The notes below the pieces were generated by a model that did no database searches, had not been told where the DNA came from, and saw nothing but the letters and a program-made list of their open reading frames with translations. 64,000 nt of DNA, taken from positions 186,001-250,000 of the forward strand of contig JAYWIR010000094.1 in assembly GCA_036172245.1 (NCBI GenBank). Direction: 5' to 3'. Position 1 is the first letter of the stretch; every line of letters begins with the position of its first letter. Shown piece by piece: positions 1-12,343 of the stretch. Source of the stretch: Raillietiella orientalis (taxonomy: Eukaryota). The translations under genes were made by a program, and so were the position numbers.

Positions 1-2377
1 ATGCAACAACAGCAACGTCGACTCTTTCCACTTAAGGGGCAGGATCCTGGATTCCGGAAGAAGCGAGGGCCACTTCAGCACATCCATAGGGATGGTCAGC
101 AGCTCGCCCCATCTTCTTAGTCCTCGCGGCTGGACGCTCGGGGTCGTGGCGTCGGCCAGTTCTCCTGTTGTCCAGCCGCTAATCAAATTCTCGCGTCCCA
201 GGATGCAGCAGGAGACTTGTCACCTTGGCGTCAGGCTGCTGTGAAGTGCCCTATTTAGGAAGGACAGCGCCGTAGCTAGGCAGGTCGTCTCTGCCCACGT
301 GCATCTTGCTGGACTCTCCAGGAGATTCCGCAGCGTGCAGCGGACGTAGGGGCTGCATCGGAGACGATTCCACGTCTCGTGGCTCCTCTGGTTAACCGCT
401 GCCCACGTTCCAATATTCTCCTCCAGCCAGGCGGGGGAGTTGGAGGGGCAGCAAACCATCCAGCTGTTCTTCTTGGCCAATGTTGCCATGCGCTTGAGCA
501 GTAGGCCGCACCTTCGCATCTTCCGGCCACGGCTCAGAAGAAAAGACGCGATTCCATCGCACCGGGACACACGGCTGGCCAGGAGGTGGGCCGGAGTGCA
601 CCAAAGGGTGCTCCACATCTTCGCTGCGATGGCAAGGGTTAGCTATCGCAGCTGCTTCTCCACGCGCTCCAGCGTCAGGAGGCCAAGACCGCGGTCCCGA
701 CGCGGAGCGCACAAGTTCTTCAGAGGGACTCGGGGCCTCCCCTCGCCCCAAAGGGCGATACGGAAGAGGTCCTTTGTCCTCTTTTTCGATTCAACGGTGG
801 GGGGGCAAACAAAAAGCAAGGAACGGAGAATGGTAGCCGCAAAGGCGTTCCAAACCGCGACCCGTTCCGGCAAGTGAAACTTGCCTTCCAGGAACGGGCC
901 GATCGCCGTCTCGACTTTTTGGAGGCAGCTAAACCACGCTTCCGCAGGGAAGTAGTCCCCCAACGGCACACCAAGGTACTTGAAGCACCTCGCCGTGGGG
1001 ATCCCCAGACGGACCCAGTCCTGCTGCCCTGCCCACTCCGCACCTATAGGCACAACCGACGACTTCGCCCTGTTAACCTGCAGTCCGGTCCCGCGGCTGA
1101 GCAGATCGAAGAAGTCTCCGACCGCCTTCGCCGGGGTGGACATTGGCAACAAGACCAGAAGATCGTCGGCGTACGCTGCTACGGCGGGCGTGCCGGGGCA
1201 CGAGCTCGGCAAGGGGGCCAAAGTCACCCTGTACGCTCTCAGCACCAACTCAATGTAGGTGCTAAAGAGCAGGGGGCTGAGGCTATCGCCCTGCCTTATG
1301 CCCCACCGCACCGGCACGCCATACACCTTCTGTCCACTGAAACAGACGGTAATCATCGTATTCCGCCAGCAAGAGCGCACGTAGGAAATCAGGGAGGGTG
1401 GGAAGCCCATGCGACCCAGGAGATCCAAGAGGAGTTCCTGGTCTACACAGTCGAACGCCTTGTGGAAATCAACTGAGAGCGCTAGGGCCCCCTTCCCCGC
1501 CCGGGGTTTCCTTCATAGCCCGGGTTGCGGCCTCAACGTGGGGTTGCCGACTGTTCATATCCCTTTCTTTTATCATCTCAGCAGGTACACCCATGTGCCT
1601 GCGAAGAAGAGGTTGGCATCCATCCTTCGCCCGGGAACAGCATAAGTCTGCTCCGGGCTAATTACGGATTCTGCCACCTGCCCCAGACGCGAAACCCATA
1701 GTCCTGCTCTCAACTTGGCGTCTGTATTCACGATCGTGATTGGACGCCAGTTCTTCAAATTCCTGAGGTCTCCCCCTTTCGTGAGGAGCCTCACTCTGGG
1801 TGACCGAAACTAGGCGGGAACATCGCCTTCGTCTCGGATCAGCCTGATCAACTTAAGCAGCAGGGATGCCAGCTCTACCGCGAAGCTCTTAAAGACCTCC
1901 GCGGGAAAGCCGTCTTCCCCTGGAGCTTTACGCCTCTTGAGCCTTTTGATACCGGCGAGAATTTCGACGGTGGTAAAAGGCTCGTCGAGGCTTTCCATCT
2001 CCTCCTCTTCTATTGTCAAGGCGCCATCGGGAAGCAAGCGCCGAGAGGTGTTTCGATCCGGGGGCTCCCTGGGGTAAAGGGAGGAATAAAAACTCCGCAC
2101 AAGATGCCGTGCCGACGCCGGGGAAGAACATTCCCGGCCCTGGTCGTCCAGCAATCTGGCCGACCCCTATTGCTAGGCTTGGCGTTCGCCCTCGGCGCGG
2201 TACTTGGCCAGGCAACGAACATTAAGAGTTCCTTCGTACCTACGAGCAAGTAAATAGGCCCGATGGTTGCGAGCACTCTCGCCGAATCCGGGGGGCAGGC
2301 GATCCAGGGGGAACTGCTCACAGAACTCGTAAAACCGATTCCTTAAAGAGGTCCCAGTCCTGGAGATTGCGGAGCGT
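1..2377 (-). mobile_element. Element A: non-LTR retrotransposon ORF2 (linker, RT, C-terminal region), degenerate; runs off the left edge and is cut at 2377 by element B
   Basis: Minus-strand frames give KAPGEDG, WRPITIVNTDAKL, GIRQGDSLSPLLF, AYADDLL, KYLGVP and GLGLL, with internal stops and frameshifts. Confidence 0.93.
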
Positions 2378-2495
2378 CGAGCGGACGTGTCTTTTCGTTG
2401 CTCCTGAGTTTCATTTCCGTTGGTGCTTGTGCGTGGTGTGGGTGGAGGATTAGGCAGCAATACCTGATACAACTACCGGAGAGGATCCGGGGGCG

Positions 2496-4101
2496 ATGAC
2501 GTCATTGCCCAAGGAGGAGATGGAGGTGGGGGCTCCCGCGTCAGTGGTGGTTTCCGCCAGCATGAATGCGCCCCCGGCCCTACCCAGGGCTTGGAACGCC
2601 GTGGCTGCGGCACCAACGCCAGCGGCTATAGCGGAAATGCGCGCTTACCTGGAGAAGGGGTATAACCCACCCCTTCTATATAGGTTAGGCGGTTTATATA
2701 ATCCCGAGAACGCGCGCGCCTTTTCGCAGGCGATGCGCGTTCTCGGTGTACAAAAAGAGGAGCTTCTGGCTATGTCCGTCAGAAGCAAGGGTCAATTTGT
2801 GGGAATTATCTGCAAGGAGGCAACTCTTGCGCATAGACTTTTGCAAACTGCCGTAATTATGGGCACCTGGAGGCTTCTCCCCATTACTGAAGAGCGGTCG
2901 GTGATGATTCACCTGACCGGTATCACGTTCCGGATGACGAAGGAGGCCGTCCGGGACGAATTAGAAAAATTCCGAACAGTGCACGCGCTGTGGGGAAAAC
3001 CTACACCGTTTGTTGATTACGACGGGGTGCTTGGCGGCCTGGGTGCAGCGCGAGTGACGGTTCGCGAGATGTGAGTTTCCCCACAAACTCACCGTCAACG
3101 GTGAATCCGTTGACGTGTGGTACGTGGGGAAACACAAGTTTTGCGGCTGCTGCAGCAGATTTGGTCACCTTAAAATGAGGTGTCCGATCGTGCAGTGCCA
3201 GCAATGCAAAGAAGCGGGGCACACCCGTCTGGTGTGATCCCAAAACACAGTCCGCGTCGTGTCCGCGAAAAACGCGAAAAAGCGCGCGGCAAAAAAAAGA
3301 AAGAAGCTGGCAGCTCGTGCTGCTGCTAAGGAGGTCACCTCCGCTACCAAGGCGAAGGCCAGCCCCGAGACTTCGGCGGAAAACGCCGAAAAGGTCGAGG
3401 GCGAGGGTCAAGAGCCAGGGTGGCAGAAGGTCGACCTTAAGAAAACCTCCCATAAGAAGGGAAAGAACGTGGCGAAACGGAGTGAAACCGCTCTGCGCCG
3501 CGAAAAAATTAAAAGCTGCTGCGTCGTTGTAGAGCGGATTCCCGCCATCGACGGATGCGGTGCTAAAGAACTCGCTGCTGCCCCTGCTCAACCCTCCGTT
3601 GACAAAGTCAACAAGGAGGGGAGCGAGGCGGCGGCGTCCGTCATCGAGCCCACGCTCGATGACGTCGCCTTCGAGCGTGCCGCGGAGGAGCTGGCTGCCT
3701 CGTTGCAGCCGGTTGCCCCCAAGGCTGGCAAGAAGGCCGTCAGGCGTCCGGCTTTTCCTCAGGAGTCGGTCACTTCCGACTCCGAGGTGAAGGCCTGAAA
3801 CACAGCATCCATCTCCGCGGCACCCCGCAAAAAGGCAGTACGAAAGTCCACAATGCCCCGGAAGATCGTCTAGCCCGACGAAGGGGAAGAGATGGCTTCT
3901 GGTAGCGAGGGTGCTATGAGCGTGGGAAACTCCCGGGACCCGTCGCCCAGGAGAATTCCACGCTCGGACACGGAGGGGATGGTAAGGATGGAGGCCGACA
4001 AGGTAATCCAGGCTCCTGAGGTGGCCTCCGTTCTCGTACCGATGGACCTTTCCTACACCTGCCCCGCGGCAGGTGTCGCGACGCCACTTTGCCAGCCATA
4101 A
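2496..4101 (+). pseudogene. B ORF1 (zinc-knuckle RNA-binding protein), disrupted
   Basis: MTSLPKEEMEVG...; knuckles CGCCSRFGHLKMRC and CQQCKEAGHTRLV* near 3140-3237; stops at 3072-3074 and 3796-3798. Confidence 0.85.
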
Positions 4102-7100
4102 TGCCGGGAATCGCCTCTCGTTGTCGTCTTCTGATCGCCTGTTGGAACGCGAACGGGCTAAACGACGACGGCAAGGGGCGTGACGTGGCCGCTACCCTGG
4201 CATCCTTCGACCTGGTGCTGCTGCAGGAGATCCACGTGATCTCCGCAGATCAAGCCCGGGAAATCGAACGGATCTCGTGTGGGCGGCTGTTGTTACGTTG
4301 CGGCACCGCGAAATCAAGCGGTGTCGCCTTCCTGCTTCGGCCAGCAATCGAGACCGCAATAAAGGACGTTCGGTCTGATGACGCAGGTCGCGTCGGTCAG
4401 CTGACTCTCAGCTGGTCCGACTCTATCGACCTGGTCGTCACCAACCTATACGCTCCTAGCGGAAACGCCGCGTTGAGGGCGAAGGCAAGAAGGGAATTCC
4501 ACCTTGCCCTGAGACGCGATTGGCTGACCGATGCAGGAGTTCGCAAAGCGCACCTGATCGCAGGTGATTTCAACCTGCGCCTGCTTTCAGGTGCGCCGGA
4601 TACACTGAATGACCGCGTCAACGAGTTGTGCGCAGAAACGAACACGCGCAACTTGTTGGCCGGGAACACGGCCATGGAAAGCAGCATCGATCACGTGTAC
4701 CTTGATCAGCACCTATGCTCTCGGGTTGGCAGGCGCGGCAAGGTACCATCCGAGCTGTCGGACCATGGTCGGATCATGTTCGAAGTGCGTCCGCGAGACA
4801 AGGGCGCCCACTCGTCCGCGTGGCATCTGCCAGGGGACTGGCTGAAGTTTCCCGACGCGGCGAAGCACCTCCGCGCGTTTATTAGGAGCTTCAGGATGCA
4901 GACACTTCAGGACTGGGACCGCTCCAAGCGGTCGGTTCAGGTGTTCTGCGACCATTTCCCCCTGCATCGCCTACATGCGGGATTTGGGAAGGGGCCGCGT
5001 AACAAAAGGTGCTATCTAAAGGCCCGACGTTACGCAAGAACCCCCGACATGCGCAGGTTAGCAGAGTACCGAGCGGGAGCCGAGAGGCAAGCCTGGCAAT
5101 CCGGATCGGCCAGCTTGCTGGACGACCAGGGCCGGGAGCACTCGGTTCCCGCTCAGAAACGCGGGATAGTAAGAAAATTTTACTCCTCCCTGTACGCCAG
5201 GGCGCCTCCGGAGCGAGACGTCTCACGACTTCTGCTTCCGGAAGGTGCTCCAGCGATCGGGGAGGAGGAGAAAAGAAGCCTCGACAAGCCTTTCACGATG
5301 GGCGAGATCATCTCCGCCATCCTAAAGCTCAAGAGGCGGAAGGCTCCAGGGGAGCACGGCCTGCCTGCGGAGTTTTATCAAACTTTTGCAGCAGAGCTTA
5401 CTCCCCTGGTACATCAGCTCACCTTGCTGATCCGTGAAACATGTGACGTTCCAACCTCGTTTCGTTCAGCAAAGGTGCGGCTCCTTTCTAAGGGAGGAGA
5501 CCTTAGGAGCATAAACAACTTCCGTCCTATCACAATAGTGAATTCGGACGCCAAGTTGCTTGCCAAACTGTGGGCAGAGCGCCTGGGACGGTTCGCCAAC
5601 ATCTTCATAAGCTCGAAACAGACATATGCTGTTCCCGGGCGAAGTATGGAGGCGAACCTGTTCCACGCTTCCACATGGATAGAGCTCCAACAAGGAAGAA
5701 GCATAATAAGCAACCGGAATTCCGGTGCGTCCGTCGGTGGGAGACGGGATGGTTGGGAGGGGAGAGGAGCCCTCGCGGTCGCAGTCGATATGCATAAAGC
5801 ATTCGATTGCGTCGACCAGAATCTCCTTTTGGAGCTTCGGGATTGCTTGGGCTTCCCGGCCTCTTTGCTGGTCTACCTGCGCTCCAGCTGGCGCGACGCG
5901 CTTATTAATGTTTTTTTTAGTGGATGCACCGTGTACGGCGTACCGGTGCGACGCGGCATACGGAAGAAAGACAGCCTCAGCCCCTTGCTCTTCAGCGCCT
6001 ATTTCGAATTGGTGCTGAGAGCGTACAGGGAGACTCTGGCACACCTGCCGTGCGATTGTCCCGGTACGCCTGCGGTTTCGGCGTACGCGGACGACCTTCT
6101 GCTGCTGCTGCTTATGTCCACCCCGGTCGCGGCGGTCGAGGAGTTCTTCGACCTGCTGAGTCGGGAAACAGGACTGACGGTGAACAGGGCGAAGTCGTCC
6201 GTAATGTCAGTCGGAGCGGCGTGGGCAGTGCAGCAGGACTGGGTCCGTTTGGGGATCCCCACGGTGAGGTACTTCAAGTACCTTGGTGTGCCGTTGGGGG
6301 ACTACTCCCCTGCGGAAGCTTGTCCGGCTGCCTTCAGAAGGCTCAGGCGGCGATCGGCCCTTTCCAGGACGGCAGGTTCTACCTGCAGAAACGGGCCACG
6401 GCGTGGAACGCGCTTGCGACCCCCCTCCTTCGCCCATTGCTTCTTGTTTGCCCACCCTCAGCGGAGTCAAAGAAGAGGACGAAGGACTTCCTGAGGATCG
6501 CCCTTTTGGGCAGAGGGAGGCCCCTAGTCCGTCTTTCGGACTTGTGCGCTTCTCGTCGGGATGGTGGTCTGGGCCTCCTGACGTTGGAGCGGCTGGAGTT
6601 ACAGCTCCAGTTCCGAGTTGTTGCCTTTATGGCAGAAAATTGGTGCACCCCTTGGTGCCTCCCTGCACGTGTCCTCGTCGAGCGGGCCACCGGCAATGCT
6701 GGACTCTTGTCTTACTTTGCACTCCGAAGCCCCATCTGCCACTGAGGACTTCAACTTCGGAGGGGGGCCAAGCTCGTGAAGAACAACTCGGCGCGGATCC
6801 TCGTACGCCCGCGAACGGTCCTGCCTGGTTGCAGGAAACCGTCCGCACGTGGGCGATGATTCAGGAGCAGAGCCCGCAACACGAGCGAATAGCTCTGTTC
6901 GGGCCGCATGCCCACCACACGCTCCGAGAAATCATCGAGAATCCCCGAAGGAGAGCGTGGGCACAAAGAACCTCCCTTGCTGCGGTACTGCCTACCCTAC
7001 GGGAACATCTGGGCATCGACGTCGCGGCACAATGGGAGGTTACTGTCAAGATCGCCAGCAGGGCAAAGAAGATCGGGGATGGGAGAACGGGTCAGCTCAC

Positions 7101-7245
7101 CAACGCTGCGACCCCGAGGACCACCCCAAATGGACTGTTGCGCTTGGGAGAGCTACTGGATGTTCCAGAGGAACATCTCGAGTGGCCCCCGGTGCTCATG
7201 GACTCGCGCACCCTCTTCATGAAGTGGCAACAGTCGGCACTGCTT
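4101..7245 (+). pseudogene. B ORF2 (AP endonuclease + reverse transcriptase), frameshifted near 6320 and truncated
   Basis: WNANGL, LQEIH, NLYAP, GDFN, IDHVY, SDH (APE); HKAFD, AYADD, KYLG (RT); 801-aa open stretch. Confidence 0.93.
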
Positions 7246-7493
7246 TAACACACGGATGCGCCGGGGCGTTTATTTCTTTAATAAAAAAAAATAAACAAGC
7301 AAGTGTAGGGCTATCTCCCCTACAGTGTTCAGAACATGTTCTTCTGAACTCGTCGAGTGGGCAGCACGCAGGCTCCCAAGGTCGACTCGGCAGCGGAGTG
7401 GGAAGGGACAAATAGAAAAAAACAAAAAGAAAACACTATTTACAAAAGCAGGGAGGGGTTGGGGAAGGGATCACGTTCCGCTGGAGACGTCCT

Positions 7494-10400
7494 CTACATC
7501 CTTTGCAGGATGCCGGCAAGTTCAAACTGCATGTGTCCCAGATGGGTCCATCTGGCTGCCGTCCTCAGGAAGCGCAGTACGTAGCACAAGATGTCCCTAT
7601 CGTTCGGTTTAGCAGTGGCGGTGCTCCAAGCCGCTACAATCCCTGGTAGGCAGCAGAGGGCTGCAAGGGCTGCGGCAGGCGAAAGGGCGTCGCGCACGAA
7701 GAGGCGCTTTAAAACGTCTCTGAAAGCGTGCAAGGGTGCACCAACGGCTGTTGCAAAGCGCAACCACAGGGGCCGGAGGGCAACACAGTCAACGAGCAGG
7801 TGCGGGAGAGTTTCTCGTTCCCCGCACCTGACACAGTTTGGGTCCACAACCCCCCTCGTCCAATGAGAGCGGCGGGCGTTGCTTTGGAGTCCCCAGTGCA
7901 ACACCAGGAACGCCGACTCCTGCCACTTTAGGGGGAGGGCCCGAGTATTCCTCAGCACTGGGGGCCACTCGAGTTCATCCCGCGGGATGCACAGCAGCTC
8001 GCCCCAGCGCAACAGTCCTCTCGGTGGGGAACTTGGGATCGCGGCATCAGCAAGCTGACCCGTGGTCCAACCACCTTGTTCTTTCTCAGTGTCCCTGATC
8101 GTATACCGGACCTCCCACATGGCCGGCTGGCTACTGCCCAGATGTTCCTAGAGGTGGGACAGAGCTGTGGCAAGGGAGGTCCTCTCAGCCCACGCACTCA
8201 AGGCGGGCTGCACGATGATGTCCTGCAGCGAGCGGCTCTTATGATAGGAGTGCAGCAGTCGCTGCCGCAACTCCGGGCTCGCTTCCTCGATCTGGGCCCA
8301 CGTGCGAAGGCTTTCCTGCAACCAGGAAGTGCCGTTCGCGGGCCGGCAGGAGATCCAGGTGTTCTTCCTGGTCAGCTTCGCCACTCGCCGAAGAGCCAGT
8401 CCGCAGTGGAACAGGTACCGGCGTTTGCGGCGCGCTAGGAAGGTAGACAGTCCCGCGCAGCCGCCGACTCGCTGAACCAGGCATCGTGCAGGCTCGCACC
8501 AGCTGGCGCTCCACAACTTCGCCACTAGGGCGATTGTTCGGAACTGCAGCTGCAGTTCGAGGCGCTTCAGCGTGAGGAGGCCAAGGCCCCCATCGCGACG
8601 AGGGGCGCACAAGTCCTTCCAAGGCGCGCGGGCCTTCCTCTGCCCCAGATGGCGATTCTGAGGAGGTCCTTTGTACGTGTTCTCACACCACGGGGTGGGG
8701 GAGAAACAAAAAGCAAAAAGCGAAACAGGGGGGCCACGAAAGTGTTCCACAGCACGGCCCGTTCCGGCAAGAACTTGCCATCCAGGAACGGGCCGATCGC
8801 TCTCTCGGCCTTTTGGAGGCAGCAAGACCATTGTTCCGCTGGGGAGTAGTCCCCCAACGGCACACCGAGGTACTTAAGGTACCGTACCGTGGGGATCCCC
8901 AAGCGAGACCAGTCTAGCTGCCCTGCCCACGAGGAACCGACTGCAACAACGGACGACTTTGCTCTGTTCACCTTCAGTCCTGTCCCGCGACGCAGCAGCT
9001 CGAAAAAGTTTTCGACCGCCGACGCCGGGGTGGACATGGGGAGCAGCAGCAGAAGATCGTCCGCATACGCAGCCAAGGCCGGTGTACCTGGGCACACGCG
9101 CGGCAGGCGACCAAGAGTCTCCCAGAATGCCCTCAGCACCAACTCGAAGTAGGTGCTGAAGAGCAAGGTGCTCAAGCTATCACCCTGCCGTATCTTGCGG
9201 CGCACCGGCACACCGAACACGTTCCTTCCCCTGAAAGAAATGTTGGTCAGCGCGTCGCGCCAGCAAGAGCGCAGAAAGGCCAATAAGAAGGCCGGGAAGC
9301 CCAAGCGCTCCAGAAGCTCCAGCAGGAGCTCCTGGTCGACACTGTCGAATGCTTTCCGCAAATCGACAGCGACCGCGAGGGCCCCTTCTCTCTCCCGACT
9401 ATCCCGCGAACCACCAGCGGACGTCCCGCAAATCGGGCTGCCGACCTTGTTCCATCCATTCATTCTGGTTCTTTGAAGTTCGAACCAGGTGTTCGCGAAG
9501 AGCAGGTTGGCGTCCATGCTTCGCCCGGGAACAGCGTAGGTCTGCTCCGGGCTGATGACGCTTTCCGCCACCCGCCCCATTCGCTCCGACCATAGCTTCG
9601 CAACCAGCTTGGCGTCCGCGTTCAGTACGGTAATCGGACGCCAATTGCTGAGGTTCCGTAAGTCTCCTCCTTTCGGTAGGAGACGCATACGTGCCGATCG
9701 GAAGGAGGCGGGAACGTCTCCTGTCTCCCGGATCAGCAGCGTTAGCCGCTGCACCAGAGGAGCCAGCTCCGCCGCGAAGCACTGAAAAAACTCCGCGGGC
9801 AGGCCGTCTTCCCCCGGTGACTTCCGCCTTTTGAGCTTCCCGATTGCGGTGATGATTTCACCCATCGTGAAAGGCTCGTCCAGGCGTACTCTCTCTTCTT
9901 CCCCGATCGCCGGGGCACCGTCCGGAAGCAAAAATTGGGAAAATTCCCGGTCCGGAGGCACCCTGGTGTACAGGGAAGAATAATAGCCGTGCACTAGGCT
10001 ACTCACCTCTGCCGGGGCCGAGTGCTCTTGGCCTTCGTCGTCCAGCAGGCTGGGCGACCCCGATTGCCAGGCCTGCCGCTCGGCCCCGGCTTTAAATTCC
10101 GCCAGTCTTCGGACGTCTGGTGTTCGGGAGTAACGACGGGCCTGCAGGTAAGCCCTATCGTTCCGAACACCTTCTCCAAATCCTTTCGGGAGACGGTTAA
10201 TGGGGAACTGTTGGCAGAACTCTCGCACCGAGACTTTCAAATCGTCCCAGTCGTCGAGCGTCTGCAGGCTGAAACCTCGCAAGAACGCGCGGAGGTGTTC
10301 CGCTGCGCCTGGCTTGGTCAGCCAGTCCCCCGGTAGACGCCACGCCTGCGCGGGGGGCCCCCTGCGCGCGGGCGAATGACGAGTTCCACACGGGAGTGGT

Positions 10401-11055
10401 CGGAGACTGCGGACTGTATCTTACCTCGCCTGCCCACGCGACAGCGCAGGTGATCGTCGAGGAAGACGTGGTCCACGCTCCGTTCCATCACGGTATCCCC
10501 GGCTAACAAGTTGTATGCGTGCACCGCAGCGCACATCTCGTTAACCGGGGTGGCCTCTGTCCTCGCCGCACCTGATAGCAGGCGAATATTAAAATCTCCG
10601 GCTATCAGGTGCGCCGTGCGCGCGCCTGCCTCCGACAGCCAGTCGCGCTTGAACGCACGGAAAAACGCCGTCCGTGCCACGCGCGCGTGACCGCCGCTCG
10701 GCGCGTACACGTTCGTGACGACGAGTTTGATGGAGTCGGACCACCTGAAGGTGATTTGCCCGACCCGACCTGCCTCATCGAAACGAACTTTCCGCACCGC
10801 GCGTTGTAGGGCAGGCTCCAGAAGGAAAGCGACCCCGCGCGTACGGCGGTGGCCGCATCGCCACATAAGCTGACCACCTGCTATCCGTTCGATCTTTTGC
10901 GCATGTTCTGCGGAAATCTCATGGATCTCCTGCAGCAGCACGAGGTCGAAGGCTTGCAAGGTGGCAGCTATGTCTCGTCTCCTGCCGTCATCGCAAAGCC
11001 CGTTGACGTTCCAGCTGGCGATGCGTATTTGACGGCAGGTGGCGAGTCCCGGCAT
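7494..11055 (-). pseudogene. C ORF2 (APE-RT-zinc finger), with frameshifts near 10340 and 8630
   Basis: ORFs 10318-11055 (APE), 8567-10282 (RT), 8148-8831 and 7494-8120 (CVRCGERETLPHLLVDC). Confidence 0.92.
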
Positions 11056-12251
11056 TACTGCTGGGAAAGTGATGCTGCGTCTCCCGCCTCACCTAGGGGC
11101 GGGACGCCGGCTTTCTCCTGTGCGGTGGGGGGTGGCTCGACGACCCCCTCCGTCTCCATCGGCTCCGTCTCGACCGATCGTGGGAGTTCAGGACTCGTGT
11201 CCATCCCTCCCACGCTCGCCGCACCCTCGTTTCCGGAGGATTTCCCTTCCTCGGAGGAGACGATCCTCCTCGGGTTACGGATTTTCCTCCCGGTCTTCCT
11301 CGGGGGTGCAGATGCGGATGGTGCGTGTCCGGTCTCCGGGTCCGAGTCCGAGGTCCCGGTCCCCCTCCTCTCGGCCGGACGTCGAACGGCCTTCTTCCCG
11401 ACCTTTGCGGGAGGCTGCTGACTGGCGGCGAGCTCGGCGGCGGCTTTTGCAAAGCCCGCGTCATCGCGGCTCTCCCCGTCGCCGCAGCCCTCGGACGCTG
11501 TTTGCACAGCGACGGGGCTGTCAGCGTTGTTGCACACGGCAACGTCCTGTTCGCACGGCACTTCGGCGTCTGCAAGGCGCTCCAGTGAGACCGTGCATTT
11601 TTTCAGTCCCTGCTTTTTCGCGGGTTTCGCGGTTTTTGCAGGGACTTTATTTTTATTATTTACGTCCTCTTTTTCTGTCTTTTTCTTTGGACTGACCTTT
11701 TGCCAGCCAGGCTCTTCTACTTCCACCTCGGTTGCCTGCGTTTCTGCAGACGGGGTGGTCGGGATGCCCTTTTTGGCTGGCTCCGGGTCAACCGTATTTT
11801 CAGACGGCGGCCTGGTCTTGCCAGGCTTCTTGCTCGCGTTCGTGCCGCTCACGGCAGCAGCCGGCGCGCGCAAAGTCTTTTTGGGGCACACTTCTTCCGT
11901 GTGCCCGATTGCCTCGCACTTGCGGCAGGTGTTGTTGGGGCAGCGTTTCTTCACGTGCCCCGTACCATCACAAAACGCACAGTATTTGGGTTTCTCCAGA
12001 TACCAGACGTCGACAGAATCTCCGTCGACTACTAGTTTATGGGGAACCCCAATGTCCTTATTCACAGTCACACGTGCCGCGGCGAGTCCGCTCAAGAGTC
12101 CGTCATAAGTACGGAACCTGCTGGGCTTCAGCCACAGCGCGTGTACGGTGCCGAATTTGCTGAGTTCAGCCCTAACGGCGCTCGGTGGCATCCGCACGGT
12201 GATTCCACGGAGGTGGACAACTATTGGGTTGTCCTCTGGCAACGCTGCCAT
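11055..12251 (-). CDS. C ORF1, an open 398-aa frame with two CCHC knuckles that lacks the usual N-terminal block
   Basis: MAALPEDNPIVVHLRG...CAFCDGTGHVKKRC PNNT CRKCEAIGHTEEVC...; its TAA overlaps the ORF2 ATG. Confidence 0.85.
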   Translation of the reverse strand: MAALPEDNPIVVHLRGITVRMPPSAVRAELSKFGTVHALWLKPSRFRTYDGLLSGLAAARVTVNKDIGVPHKLVVDGDSVDVWYLEKPKYCAFCDGTGHVKKRCPNNTCRKCEAIGHTEEVCPKKTLRAPAAAVSGTNASKKPGKTRPPSENTVDPEPAKKGIPTTPSAETQATEVEVEEPGWQKVSPKKKTEKEDVNNKNKVPAKTAKPAKKQGLKKCTVSLERLADAEVPCEQDVAVCNNADSPVAVQTASEGCGDGESRDDAGFAKAAAELAASQQPPAKVGKKAVRRPAERRGTGTSDSDPETGHAPSASAPPRKTGRKIRNPRRIVSSEEGKSSGNEGAASVGGMDTSPELPRSVETEPMETEGVVEPPPTAQEKAGVPPLGEAGDAASLSQQ

Positions 12252-12343
12252 CGGACACCGACGATGTGCACGCACAAATCATTTAAGAAGAAAAAACACT
12301 CGCTTTGCCACGCAGGCGGAGCGCAGGAAAAGCACGTCCGCTC

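Larger units (their letters stand above)
2378..7245 (+). mobile_element. Element B: 5'-complete L1/Tx1-like element; its 3' end is lost at the junction with element C
   Basis: Starts CGAGCGGACGTGTCTTTT; ORF1, TAATG, then ORF2 with EN and RT; stops at ...WQQSALL. Confidence 0.93.
7246..12343 (-). mobile_element. Element C: element with both termini (chimeric 5' end)
   Basis: 5' GAGCGGACGTGCTTTT at 12343; 3' AATAAACGCCCCGGCGCATCCGTGTG at 7274-7249; ORF1 and ORF2 between. Confidence 0.93.

Noticed and set aside
4101..6494. Bacterial RT system (retron, group II intron, DGR) or CRISPR array
   Set aside because: The APE-RT-zinc finger with a knuckle ORF1, AATAAA and TSDs is diagnostic of eukaryotic non-LTR elements. 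I saw no regularly spaced repeat-spacer array.
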